The translations under genes were made by a program, and so were the position numbers. Below are positions 27,889-36,743 of a stretch of 64,000 bases of DNA, one piece after another (the first letter of the stretch is position 1; each line of letters opens with the position of its first letter). Under the pieces are notes generated by a model. That model worked only from the letters and a program-made list of their open reading frames with translations. It was not told the DNA's origin and ran no database searches. The stretch is taken from assembly GCA_963700995.1 (NCBI GenBank), contig CAVOZP010000006.1, positions 69,544-133,543 on the forward strand. Reading direction: 5' to 3'. The stretch is from an uncultured Acidimicrobiales bacterium (GTDB lineage Bacteria > Actinomycetota > Acidimicrobiia > Acidimicrobiales > JAHEJN01).

Positions 27889-29196
27889 ATGGATCGGTAC
27901 GTCTGTGACCTGTTGCTCACCATGGCCGACGACGAGACGACTCCCATCCACGGGGGCGTCGTCGACGTCGAGGACGGCGCAGTGGTGTGGTCAGGGCCGT
28001 CGAGCGACGCGCCCGACCGAACCGAGGCGGCGCGCCACCACATCGACGGCGTGTTGATGCCGGGCATGATCGACGTCCACTGCCACACCCCGATGGTGCT
28101 CCTCCGTGGCGCCGGTGAAGGCCTCCCGGTCGACCGCTGGCTGCACGAGGTGATGTGGCCTCGCGAAGCTCAGCTCACTCCCGACGATGTCCGGATCGGC
28201 ATGCAGGTCGGTGGCGCCGAGCTGCTGGGCAACGGCATCACCACCTCGGTCGAGATGTACTTCCACGGCGATGCTGTGGCCCAGGGCGCAACCGATGTGG
28301 GGTTGCGTTGCGTAGTCACTGCTCCGGTGATCGAGGAAGACCAGCTGAAACGCTTCGGCACCTGGGAGGAACAACTCGACGAGATGGTGGCCACCCGCGA
28401 CCGCTGGCGGAACAACGACCTCATCGGGGTGGGTCTCGGACCCCATGCCGCGTACTCCGTGTCGGATGCCTGTTTGCGGCGAATCGCCGAGATCGCTCTC
28501 GATCAGGACATGTTGGTTCACATCCATCTGGCCGAGGAGGAATGGGAGGACGCCGCGGTCCGAGAACGCGCCGGCCTTTCGGCACCCGAGTACCTCGAGT
28601 CGATCGGCCTCTTCGACGCCGACGTCCTGGCGGCGCACGGAGTGTGGATGTCCGAGACCGACATCGCCATCCTGGCCCGCAACGACATCGCCGTGGCTCA
28701 TTGCCCGTGCTCGAACACCAAGCATGCGTCGGGCATGGCGCCCGTCGACGAGCTCCTGAACGCCGGGGTCCGCGTTGGCATCGCCACCGACGGGCCCGCC
28801 TCCCACCATCGGCTCGACCTGTTCGAGGAGATGCGCATGGCCATTCGTCTGTCCCGGCTCCATTACCGCGACGCTCAACACTTCCCGACCACCAAGGCGC
28901 TCCGGATGGTCACCGCCGAAGCCGCCGACACCATCGGCCGGCCCGATCTGGGTCGCCTCACGGCCGGCTGTCGGGCCGACATGGTGGCGCTGTCCCTGTC
29001 CGGCTCCGCTTTCCAACCCGTCGTCGAGGCCGAAGACGACCCCATTGCTCGCATCGTATGGTCGGGGTCGCCCGCAGCGGTGGCGGGAGTCTGGGTCGAC
29101 GGCCGTCAGGTTGTCGCCGGTGGTCAGGTCTCGACCATCGACATCATCGACGCCACCGAGCAGATGACGAAGACGGCACGGCGGCTGGCCCGATGA
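27889..29196 (+). CDS. mtaD: 5-methylthioadenosine/S-adenosylhomocysteine deaminase (amidohydrolase)
   Basis: ..LMPGMIDVHCHTPMVLLRGAGEGLPVDRWL..VHIHLAEE..HGVWMSETDI..VAHCPCSNTKHASG..IATDGPASHH... Start is codon 376 of the track ORF and is preceded by GGGAGGGA. Confidence 0.85.
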   Translation: MDRYVCDLLLTMADDETTPIHGGVVDVEDGAVVWSGPSSDAPDRTEAARHHIDGVLMPGMIDVHCHTPMVLLRGAGEGLPVDRWLHEVMWPREAQLTPDDVRIGMQVGGAELLGNGITTSVEMYFHGDAVAQGATDVGLRCVVTAPVIEEDQLKRFGTWEEQLDEMVATRDRWRNNDLIGVGLGPHAAYSVSDACLRRIAEIALDQDMLVHIHLAEEEWEDAAVRERAGLSAPEYLESIGLFDADVLAAHGVWMSETDIAILARNDIAVAHCPCSNTKHASGMAPVDELLNAGVRVGIATDGPASHHRLDLFEEMRMAIRLSRLHYRDAQHFPTTKALRMVTAEAADTIGRPDLGRLTAGCRADMVALSLSGSAFQPVVEAEDDPIARIVWSGSPAAVAGVWVDGRQVVAGGQVSTIDIIDATEQMTKTARRLAR

Positions 29197-29648
29197 ACGC
29201 CGAAGACGTTGCCGACCTGTTGGGGCTCGAACCCCTCGCCCGCGAGGGTGGGCGATGGGCCCAGACGTGGCGAGACCGCGACAGCTGCGCCATCTACTTC
29301 CTCTTGGCGCCCGGCGACTTCTCGGCGCTGCACCGGCTCGACGCCCCCGAGATGTGGCACCACTACGCCGGCGCCCCGGTGGCGATGCTGTTGTTGGGGG
29401 GCGAGCCTCTTGTAGCCCGACCTATCCTGGGCGACGACCTTGCGGCCGGCCAACGTCCGTTCGTGCCGGTGCCGATTGGAGTCTGGATGGGCGCGGCGAC
29501 AACCGGCGAGTGGTCGCTGGTCGGGACCACCATGGCACCACCGTTCGAGGAGGATGGGTTCGAGCTCGGCACGCTCGACTCGCTCGTCGAGCAGTACCCG
29601 TCCGCCGCGGCCGACATCGCCAGCTACATCAGGCCCGAGGAACCATGA
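29193..29648 (+). CDS. cupin-fold protein (DUF985-like)
   Basis: 151 aa. ATGA overlaps with both neighbours. ..AIYFLLAPGDFSALHRLDAPEMWHHYAG..WSLVGTTMAPPFEEDGFEL. Confidence 0.65.
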   Translation: MNAEDVADLLGLEPLAREGGRWAQTWRDRDSCAIYFLLAPGDFSALHRLDAPEMWHHYAGAPVAMLLLGGEPLVARPILGDDLAAGQRPFVPVPIGVWMGAATTGEWSLVGTTMAPPFEEDGFELGTLDSLVEQYPSAAADIASYIRPEEP

Positions 29649-30418
29649 GCGACCTGCCCTCTCCGTCCGACATGATCGATCTGACCGGACGGGTCATCGT
29701 CGTCACCGGTGCCGCCGGCGGGATCGGGTCTGGCATCACCCGTCGCCTGGCCCAGGCGGGGGCGTCGGTTGTAGCCCACACGCGCACCACTCCACTCGAC
29801 GAGCTCATGGACGAACTGCCCGACGTGGTCACGCCCGTCACTGTTGATCTCACCACGCCCGAGGGTCCCGCCGTGGTGGTACGGGCTGCGGTCGAGCATC
29901 ACGGGCGCATCGACGGTTTGGTGAACAACGCCGGTATCCAGCCCGTGGTCCCGTTCAGCGACCTCACCGACGACCAATGGACCGAGATGATCGACACCAA
30001 CCTCACCGCAGCGCATCGGCTCACCCACGCCGTGGCGGCAACCATGCGTGAAGGCGGCGCACCCGGCTCGATCGTGCACATCGCCTCGATCGAGGGCCGA
30101 CATCCCACCGCGGTGCACGGGCACTACGCAACGTCGAAGGCCGCGCTCATCATGCACGCCAAGGCCGCAGCGCTGGCCTACGGGCCGAACCACATCCGGG
30201 TGAACAGCGTTTCGCCGGGCCTGATCGGACGCCCGGGGCTCGAAGACGCCTGGCCCGACGGGGTGAAGCGCTGGCTCGCGGCCGCTCCGCTGGCTCGGCT
30301 CGGAACTCCCGAAGACGTCGGCGACGCATGTGTGTTCTTGTGTTCCGACCTCGCTCGATGGATCACGGGCCACGACCTCGTGGTCGACGGGGGCGTGCTC
30401 ACACACCCAACATGGTGA
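29645..30418 (+). CDS. short-chain dehydrogenase/reductase (SDR)
   Basis: TGAAGGIGSG cofactor motif, NNAG, and catalytic YATSK. Confidence 0.9.
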   Translation: MSDLPSPSDMIDLTGRVIVVTGAAGGIGSGITRRLAQAGASVVAHTRTTPLDELMDELPDVVTPVTVDLTTPEGPAVVVRAAVEHHGRIDGLVNNAGIQPVVPFSDLTDDQWTEMIDTNLTAAHRLTHAVAATMREGGAPGSIVHIASIEGRHPTAVHGHYATSKAALIMHAKAAALAYGPNHIRVNSVSPGLIGRPGLEDAWPDGVKRWLAAAPLARLGTPEDVGDACVFLCSDLARWITGHDLVVDGGVLTHPTW

Positions 30419-30442
30419 TCCCGCTCACACCGAGGAGGTCCG

Positions 30443-32410
30443 GTGCAACATTGGAATGAGACAGACGCCGCAGCGCAAACGGGGCATCTCGCGGAGTGCG
30501 TCTACGGGTCCCGACTGATCGGATCGGATCCAGATCTGGTGCTCCATGGCGGCGGTAACACCTCGGTGAAGGACGCCTTCACCGACATCACCGGCCGGCT
30601 GATCGATGCGTTGTACGTCAAGGGTTCGGGCTGGGATCTGTCGACCATCGAGGCTCAGGGCTTCACCCCGCTACCGGTTGCACGACTACACGAGTTGCTG
30701 GCGCTGCCCAGCCTCTCCGACTCCGACATGATGCGAGAGCTTTCCGCAGCCAGGCTCGACCCCACCGCTCCGCAACCGTCGGTGGAGACGCTCCTCCACG
30801 GGCTCCTGCCCCACAGGGCCATCCAGCACAGCCACGCCGACGCCATCATCACCTTGACCAACGTGACCGACGGCGAAGCTCGGGTCCGGGAGATCTACGG
30901 CGACTCGGTGGTGGTGATTCCCTACGTGATGCCCGGGTTCGACCTGGCCAAGCTGGTGTCCGAGCTCTGGGAGGCCCAGTTCCACGCTGGCACCGTCGGG
31001 ATGGTGCTGTTGAACCACGGTTTGTTCACCTTCGCCGAGACCACCCGCGAAGCGTACGAACACCACGCCGAACTGATCGGGCTCGCCACCCGCTGGATCG
31101 ACGAACACGCCCCCGTCCCGCCTCCATCCGACGAGATCCTGCCAGTGGTGCCGTGCGGCGAGTTGGCGGAGCTGCGGCGGCAGATCTCGGCTGCGGCCGG
31201 CAGGGTGATGGTGATGACTCGGCACACCGATGCCGCGAGCACCCGATTCGTGCACCGGCCCGATCTGGCCGGTCTGGCTTCCCGGGGGCCTCTGACCCCC
31301 GACCATGTGATCCGCACCAAACGGCATCCGATGGTGGGCACCGACGTCGACGCGTTCGTGCAGGAGTACCGCCGTTACTTCGACGAGCACGAGCATCGGG
31401 GTCGAGTCGACCTGACCATGCTCGACCCGGCGCCCCGGGTGGTCGTTGATCATCGGCTCGGTGTCCTGACCGTGGGCGAGACGGCAAAGGCGGCCGACAT
31501 CGCCGCCGACATCTACCGGCACACGATGCCCGTCCTCGAACGCGTCGAGGATCATCTGGGGGGCTACCGGGCTCTGAGCGCCGGCGACCTGTTCGATGTG
31601 GAGTACTGGGATCTCGAGCAGGCCAAGTTGCGCCTCGGGGGACCGCCGCCGGAGCTGGCCGGGGCCGTGGCGGTGGTCACCGGGGCCGCTTCGGGCATCG
31701 GTCGCGCTTGCGCCGCCGAGCTTCTGACCAGGGGCTGCGCGGTCATCGGACTCGATCGCGACGATGCGGTAGTGGAGGTCTTCTCGGGCCCTACGTGGAT
31801 GGGCGTGCCGGTCGACGTCACTGACCACGAGGCGCAACAGGCCGCCATCGAGCAGGGCGTCGAGCGCTTCGGCGGCGTCGACATCGCCGTCGTGGCCGCA
31901 GGCGTCTTCGGTGCGAGTGTCCCGATAGCCGAACTGGATGCCGACGCGTGGCGAAGCGTGCAGGCGGTGAATGTCGACGCGGTGGCGTCGCTCTTTGCCA
32001 CGCTGCACCCGCTCCTCGCCTTGTCTCCGATCGGGGGTCGGGTGACCATCATCGGCTCGAAGAACGTGACGGCTCCCGGCCGCGGCGCGGCGGCCTACTC
32101 GGCCTCCAAGGCGGCGCTCACCCAACTCGGTCGGGTGGCCGCGGTCGAGTGGGCCGACGACGGGATCCGGGTCAACACCGTGCACCCCGACGCCGTCTTC
32201 GACACCGGGTTGTGGAGCGACGAGCTCATCGCCGAACGTGCGAGCAAGTACGAGATGACCGTCGACGAGTACAAGGCCCGCAACCTCATGGGCACCGAGG
32301 TGACGTCGGCGATGGTGGCGGGGGTCGTTGCCGAGCTGTGCGGTTCCAGGTTCGCGGCGACCACCGGGGCGCAGGTCCCGATCGACGGAGGAAACGAGAG
32401 GGTCATCTGA
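30443..32410 (+). CDS. bifunctional class II aldolase / short-chain dehydrogenase (RhaD-type fusion)
   Basis: N-terminal aldolase-type region ..DLVLHGGGNTSVK..YVKGSGWDL... C-terminal SDR with VTGAASGIGRA and YSASKAAL. Confidence 0.85.
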   Translation: MQHWNETDAAAQTGHLAECVYGSRLIGSDPDLVLHGGGNTSVKDAFTDITGRLIDALYVKGSGWDLSTIEAQGFTPLPVARLHELLALPSLSDSDMMRELSAARLDPTAPQPSVETLLHGLLPHRAIQHSHADAIITLTNVTDGEARVREIYGDSVVVIPYVMPGFDLAKLVSELWEAQFHAGTVGMVLLNHGLFTFAETTREAYEHHAELIGLATRWIDEHAPVPPPSDEILPVVPCGELAELRRQISAAAGRVMVMTRHTDAASTRFVHRPDLAGLASRGPLTPDHVIRTKRHPMVGTDVDAFVQEYRRYFDEHEHRGRVDLTMLDPAPRVVVDHRLGVLTVGETAKAADIAADIYRHTMPVLERVEDHLGGYRALSAGDLFDVEYWDLEQAKLRLGGPPPELAGAVAVVTGAASGIGRACAAELLTRGCAVIGLDRDDAVVEVFSGPTWMGVPVDVTDHEAQQAAIEQGVERFGGVDIAVVAAGVFGASVPIAELDADAWRSVQAVNVDAVASLFATLHPLLALSPIGGRVTIIGSKNVTAPGRGAAAYSASKAALTQLGRVAAVEWADDGIRVNTVHPDAVFDTGLWSDELIAERASKYEMTVDEYKARNLMGTEVTSAMVAGVVAELCGSRFAATTGAQVPIDGGNERVI

Positions 32411-33235
32411 TGAGCGATTTGTACGAGCGTCTCGTTGGCTGCCGCGATGTGTTGGCCGAGCGCACTGGATGCGAGCGCCACGATGTGGTCGCCGTTCTGG
32501 GATCGGGCCTGGGCCTGTACCCCGACACGCTGAACGACGCAGTCGCCGTCCCCTACGGCGACCTTCCCGGGTTCCCCATCCCCGCCGCCGCGGGCCACGC
32601 AGGCACTGCGTATTCGGCGCAGATGGGCGACAACCGCGTTCTGTTGCTCTCTGGCCGGGCCCACGCCTACGAAGGGCACGCGATGGACGTGGTGACCTTC
32701 CCTGTGCGAACCGCGATCCTGGCCGGGTGTCGATCGGTCCTGTTGTACCAATGCTGCCGGGGGCTGCGGCGACGGCATCGCCCCCGGAGACCTGGTGCTC
32801 ATCACCGACCACGTGAACATGGCTGGGTTCAGCGCCTTGAAGGGCCAGAACGACGATCGTCTGGGGCCCCGGTTCCCCGACATGTCCGATGTCTACACAC
32901 CCGAGCTGCGCAGCCGGGCTCGCGCCGCCGCCGAACGAGCCGGGGTGGCGCTGAAGGAGGGCGTCTACTTCTGGTGGCAGGGGCCCATGTTCGAGACTCC
33001 GGCCGAGGTGCGGCTCTCCAGACAGCTGGGTGGGTCACTGGTGGGCATGTCGACGGTGCCCGAGGCCACCGCGGCCCGGCACATGGGTGCCGACGTGTTG
33101 GGGATCTCGCTGTGCACCAACTTCGCGGCCGGCATCGCCGCGCACCGGCTGTCGGGCGAAGAGGTGATGGAGACCGCAGCGGTCGCGGCCGAGAAGTTCT
33201 GCACGCTGTTCGACGAACTGCTCCCCGCTTTGTGA
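32410..33235 (+). CDS. purine-nucleoside / methylthio-nucleoside phosphorylase (PNP family 2), frame broken near 32745
   Basis: ..VLGSGLG..GFPIPAAAGHAGT..LLSGRAHAYEGH.. / (TNAAGGCGDGIAPGD)LVLITDHVNM..GPRFPDMSDVY..GPMFETPAEV..GMSTVPEA... The start A is the last base of the upstream TGA. Confidence 0.8.
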
Positions 33236-33305
33236 TTGATGTCTGGCGGGACTGATCGTCGGAACGTGAGCCGGTGGCAGCCATGGCGCGAGGTAGCTTC
33301 GATTC

Positions 33306-33768
33306 ATGCAAACCGAGGGCTCGATCCGCACCGCTGCGAGGGAGCTCGACGACGCCCTTCAAGCCGGTGACGCTGAGCGGGTCGTCGTCTGCTTCGCTCC
33401 GGACTGCACCGTCGAGCTGCTGGGCGTTCGCCTCGACGGGCACGACGGAGTGAGACGTTGGCTCGCATGGGTGTTCGACCACGTCGAGCGGATCGAGTTC
33501 GTGCCGCGAGTGATCAGCGTCGACGGGGACACTTTCATCGAGGAGTTCGGGGTCATCGGAATCTTGGGCCGACGGCCGACGACTCGACAGCCAGTGGGCG
33601 GAGATCCTCACCTATCGAGACGACATGGTCACCAGCCTGCGTCTGTATTTCAACCCGATCGACTTGGCCCCGGCGCTCGGAATCGTCGGCCGGCTCGTCA
33701 GCCCAGCCGCAACCCGCCTCGCCCGCGGTGGACTGGAACCCTTCGAGCTCCTCGACCTTCGCCCATAG
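33306..33768 (+). CDS. SnoaL/NTF2-like small protein, frame broken near 33570
   Basis: ..VVCFAPDCTVELLGVRLDGHDGVRRWLAWVF.. then, in another frame, ..DSQWAEILTYRDDMVTSLRLYFNPIDL..*(TAG 33766-33768). Confidence 0.55.
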
Positions 33769-33839
33769 TCGAACCTCCTCGCGCCCGACATGCCTCGATC
33801 CACGCGGCGGCCGGCCTCATCCAATCTCGTCGCGGATGC

Positions 33840-35057
33840 TCAGGTTGTCGAGATCTGCGGCGCTCGAGTTGCGGGCTGCTCGTCCGACGGCGGGGTGGCG
33901 TGGACGACCCAGGTCGCGAGCGTGGTGGTGATCGGCACGGCAGCGATGAGGCCGATCCCGCCGACGAGGGCGCGGACGATTTCGATGGCGATGATCTCGC
34001 TGGTGAGGGCGCGGCTGAGGTCGAGTTGGGCTTGGGTGAGCAGCATGAGGAGCGGGAGTGCCGCCCCGGCGTAGGCGAAGACGAGCGTGTTGGTGGTGGA
34101 TCCGATGTGGTCGCGGCCCACACGTAGCGCGGCGCGATAGAGGCGGGTTGCGCCCATGGTGGGATTGGCGTCGTGGAGCTCGGCGACGGCCGACGATTGG
34201 GTGACGGTGACGTCGTCGAGGATGCCGACGGTGCCGATGATCATGCCGGCGAGAAGAATGCCTCGCAGATCGATGGCCTCGTTGCCGGCGAGGAGGTACA
34301 GGGCGTCCTCGTTCGACAGCCCGGTGAGATTGGTGGCTTCGACGAAGAACCAGGCGAGCGTGCCGGTGAGGCCCAGACTGGCGAGTGAGCCCAGGAGTGA
34401 CACGGTCGACAGGTGGCTGATTCCATGGGTGAGGTAGAGGGTGACGGTGGCGACTCCGGCTGATCCGACGATGGCGACCAGCACCGGCGACGAGGTCTCG
34501 AGCAGTGCAGGCAGCGTGAAGCCGACCAGGATCACCGCGTCGATGCCGAGGGCGACGAGTGAGCGCAGACCCTGCAGCCGCCCGAGCAGGATGACCGCAG
34601 CCGCGAAGATCCCGGCCAGCAGCAGCAGCGCCCGGGTTCGTTGGAAGTCGAGGAAGTAGAAGCGGAAACGGGCGTCGATGTTGGGATCGGTCTGGTTGGC
34701 GACGACGATCTCGTCGCCCGGTTCGATGACGGCGGTGTACACCGACGGTGTCTGTTGGAATGACCCGTTGGTGCCGTCGGGTAGGCGGATGGTGATGGTG
34801 TCGCACTGGATGTCGACGGGGGAAGCGAAGCACTGCTCTCTGACGACGTCCTCGACGGTCACGTCGAGACGGTCGACGCCGACGTTGTCGAACACGGCAG
34901 GAATCACGGTGTCCTGGTCGGGCCACAGCACCACCGTGCCGATCAGCGCTACCCCAAGTGCGACCAGCGCACCGATCCCGAGACGGATACCCGCTCGGTC
35001 GAATCGATAGTTCCACCAGGGGGAGGAACTGGCGTGAGAGTGGCCGTGGCCATGCAC
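33840..35057 (-). CDS. YibE/F-family integral membrane protein
   Basis: His-rich N-terminus MHGHGHSH, multiple TM helices, conserved GILDDVTVTQSSAVAEL. Confidence 0.8.
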   Translation of the reverse strand: MHGHGHSHASSSPWWNYRFDRAGIRLGIGALVALGVALIGTVVLWPDQDTVIPAVFDNVGVDRLDVTVEDVVREQCFASPVDIQCDTITIRLPDGTNGSFQQTPSVYTAVIEPGDEIVVANQTDPNIDARFRFYFLDFQRTRALLLLAGIFAAAVILLGRLQGLRSLVALGIDAVILVGFTLPALLETSSPVLVAIVGSAGVATVTLYLTHGISHLSTVSLLGSLASLGLTGTLAWFFVEATNLTGLSNEDALYLLAGNEAIDLRGILLAGMIIGTVGILDDVTVTQSSAVAELHDANPTMGATRLYRAALRVGRDHIGSTTNTLVFAYAGAALPLLMLLTQAQLDLSRALTSEIIAIEIVRALVGGIGLIAAVPITTTLATWVVHATPPSDEQPATRAPQISTT

Positions 35058-35157
35058 TGTGGCGTTTGGATCCGTTGTCTCGGGGGCAGCGACGAACGAG
35101 GATTCACGCTACCCGCGATGGAGATCAGGATCGGTGACCGATCCGGCCGAGAATGGC

Positions 35158-35373
35158 TCAGGTGTCGAGATCGGCCGAGTTCATGTCGATCTCGATGGCG
35201 AACTCGGGACAGTTGTCGGCCGCCAGACGGGCCTTCTCCTCGAGGTCGGGCGGCACGTCGCCCTCGACCCGCAGCACCGCGTACCCCTCGTCGTCGGTGT
35301 CGAACAGCTCTGGGGCCAGGATGTAGCAGCGGTTGTGGCCCTGGCAGAGCTCTCGGTCGAAGCGAATCCTCAT
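35158..35373 (-). CDS. small ferredoxin (single-cluster, P450-associated type)
   Basis: MRIRFDRELCQGHNRCYILAPELFDTDDEGYAVL..AADNCPEFAIEI. It has its own GGAGG 6-10 nt upstream of ATG 35373. Confidence 0.8.
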   Translation of the reverse strand: MRIRFDRELCQGHNRCYILAPELFDTDDEGYAVLRVEGDVPPDLEEKARLAADNCPEFAIEIDMNSADLDT

Positions 35374-36594
35374 GCTGCGGCCTCCGATGTCGACACGATA
35401 CGGACGGGCAGCTCGTCGTGGACCGCGGATCTGACCGGTCGACCAGCGAACCTGTTCGGGGTCGGCGAGCTCGAAGTCGGGAATGCGCCGCAGCCACTCC
35501 TCGACCGCCACCGTGAGCTCGAGCCGGGCGAGGTTCGATCCGATGCAGCGATGGATCCCGAGGCCGAAGGCGAGGTGGCGGTTGCGTTGGCGGTCGATGA
35601 CGAACTCGTCGGCCCGTTCGAACGCCTCGGTGTCGCGGTTGGCCGCCGGGAACGGAAGCAGGACCCAGTCGTCGACCTTCATGGGACAGCCGCGCACCTC
35701 GACTGGCTCGGCGACCAGGCGGGCCATCGTGACCGGCGCGTAGAAGCGGAGCAGCTCCTCGATCGCGAACGGTCGCACGCCAGGGTCGTCGATCCAGCGG
35801 CGGCGGTCGTCGGGGTGCTGGGCGAAGTGCCACAGGCTCGCGCCGATGGCCGACCAGGTCGTGTCGATCCCGGCGAGCAGCAACAGCGCACACGGTTCCC
35901 TCGGACGTGCGCCGCCGGTGAGCGGCTCGCCGTCGATGGTGGACCGGGTCAGGTAGGTGATCAGGTCGTCGCGTGGCTCGGCCTGTCGTTGGGCGATCAG
36001 CGCATCGAGGTAGGCATCGAGCGTGTCCTCGGGTGCGACCTCGACAGCACCCGGGTTCTCGAGGATGCGATGGATGAATCCGCGGAAGAGGTGGCCGTCC
36101 TCCTTGGGCACGCCCAACATGTCGGCGATGACCCGCACCGGAATGTGCTGGGCGTACTGCACCGCCGCGTCGACGGTGTCGCTGCCGGGGGCGAGCAGAT
36201 CGTCGATGAGCTCGTTGCACATGACGCGAGCCGGTTGTTCGAGTGCAGCGATCGCCTTCGGCGAGAATGCCGTGAGCAGGAACTGGCGAGCGATCTTGTG
36301 GAACGGCGGGTCCGACGTGATCGGCGGTGCGTACCCCATCGGCTTCGGGATGTCGGGGCGCCACTCGGTGACGACCACTCCCTGGGAGCTGAAGTGGTCG
36401 GTGTCCTTGGCGATCGCGCTCACGTCGTCGTGGCGAACCGGCAGCCATGTGCCGCCGAAGCGGTCGGAGTGCGCTACCGGACACGAGGGACGCAGCTCGT
36501 CCCAGATCTCGGGGGCGCGAGCCGCATACTCCGCCTTCGTGTGGTCGAAGTCGGTGGCCCAGTCGGCCACCGGCGGGCGTTCGGGTTCGGTCAT
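35370..36594 (-). CDS. cytochrome P450, frame broken near 35415-35425
   Basis: Heme loop FGLGIHRCIGSNLA and I-helix LLLLAGIDTTWSA. In the alternative frame the C-terminus reads HDELPVRIVSTSEAAA*, with TGA overlapping the ferredoxin ATG. Confidence 0.85.
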
Positions 36595-36743
36595 CGTCGA
36601 AACCTCCGGGTGCCCGTCAGTCTGGCCCAGGCCGGTCGCCGCCGCCACGACCCGTCACCCGTACCCATCCCACCAGCGAAATTGGTTTCCCCAGGCCCAC
36701 AGGTGGTCATGCCGGAACCAATTTCGGCGGGGGAGGGGTCGGA

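Noticed and set aside
30686-32812. 708-aa minus-strand ORF (similar cases: 26531..28057 plus, 35059..36843 plus, 56097..58025 minus, 4484..5725 minus, 27991..29016 minus)
   Set aside because: All lie antisense to genes with clear family motifs (aldolase/SDR, mtnA, P450, Mo subunit, DUF1479, mtaD), and all have Arg/Gly/Pro-dominated composition.
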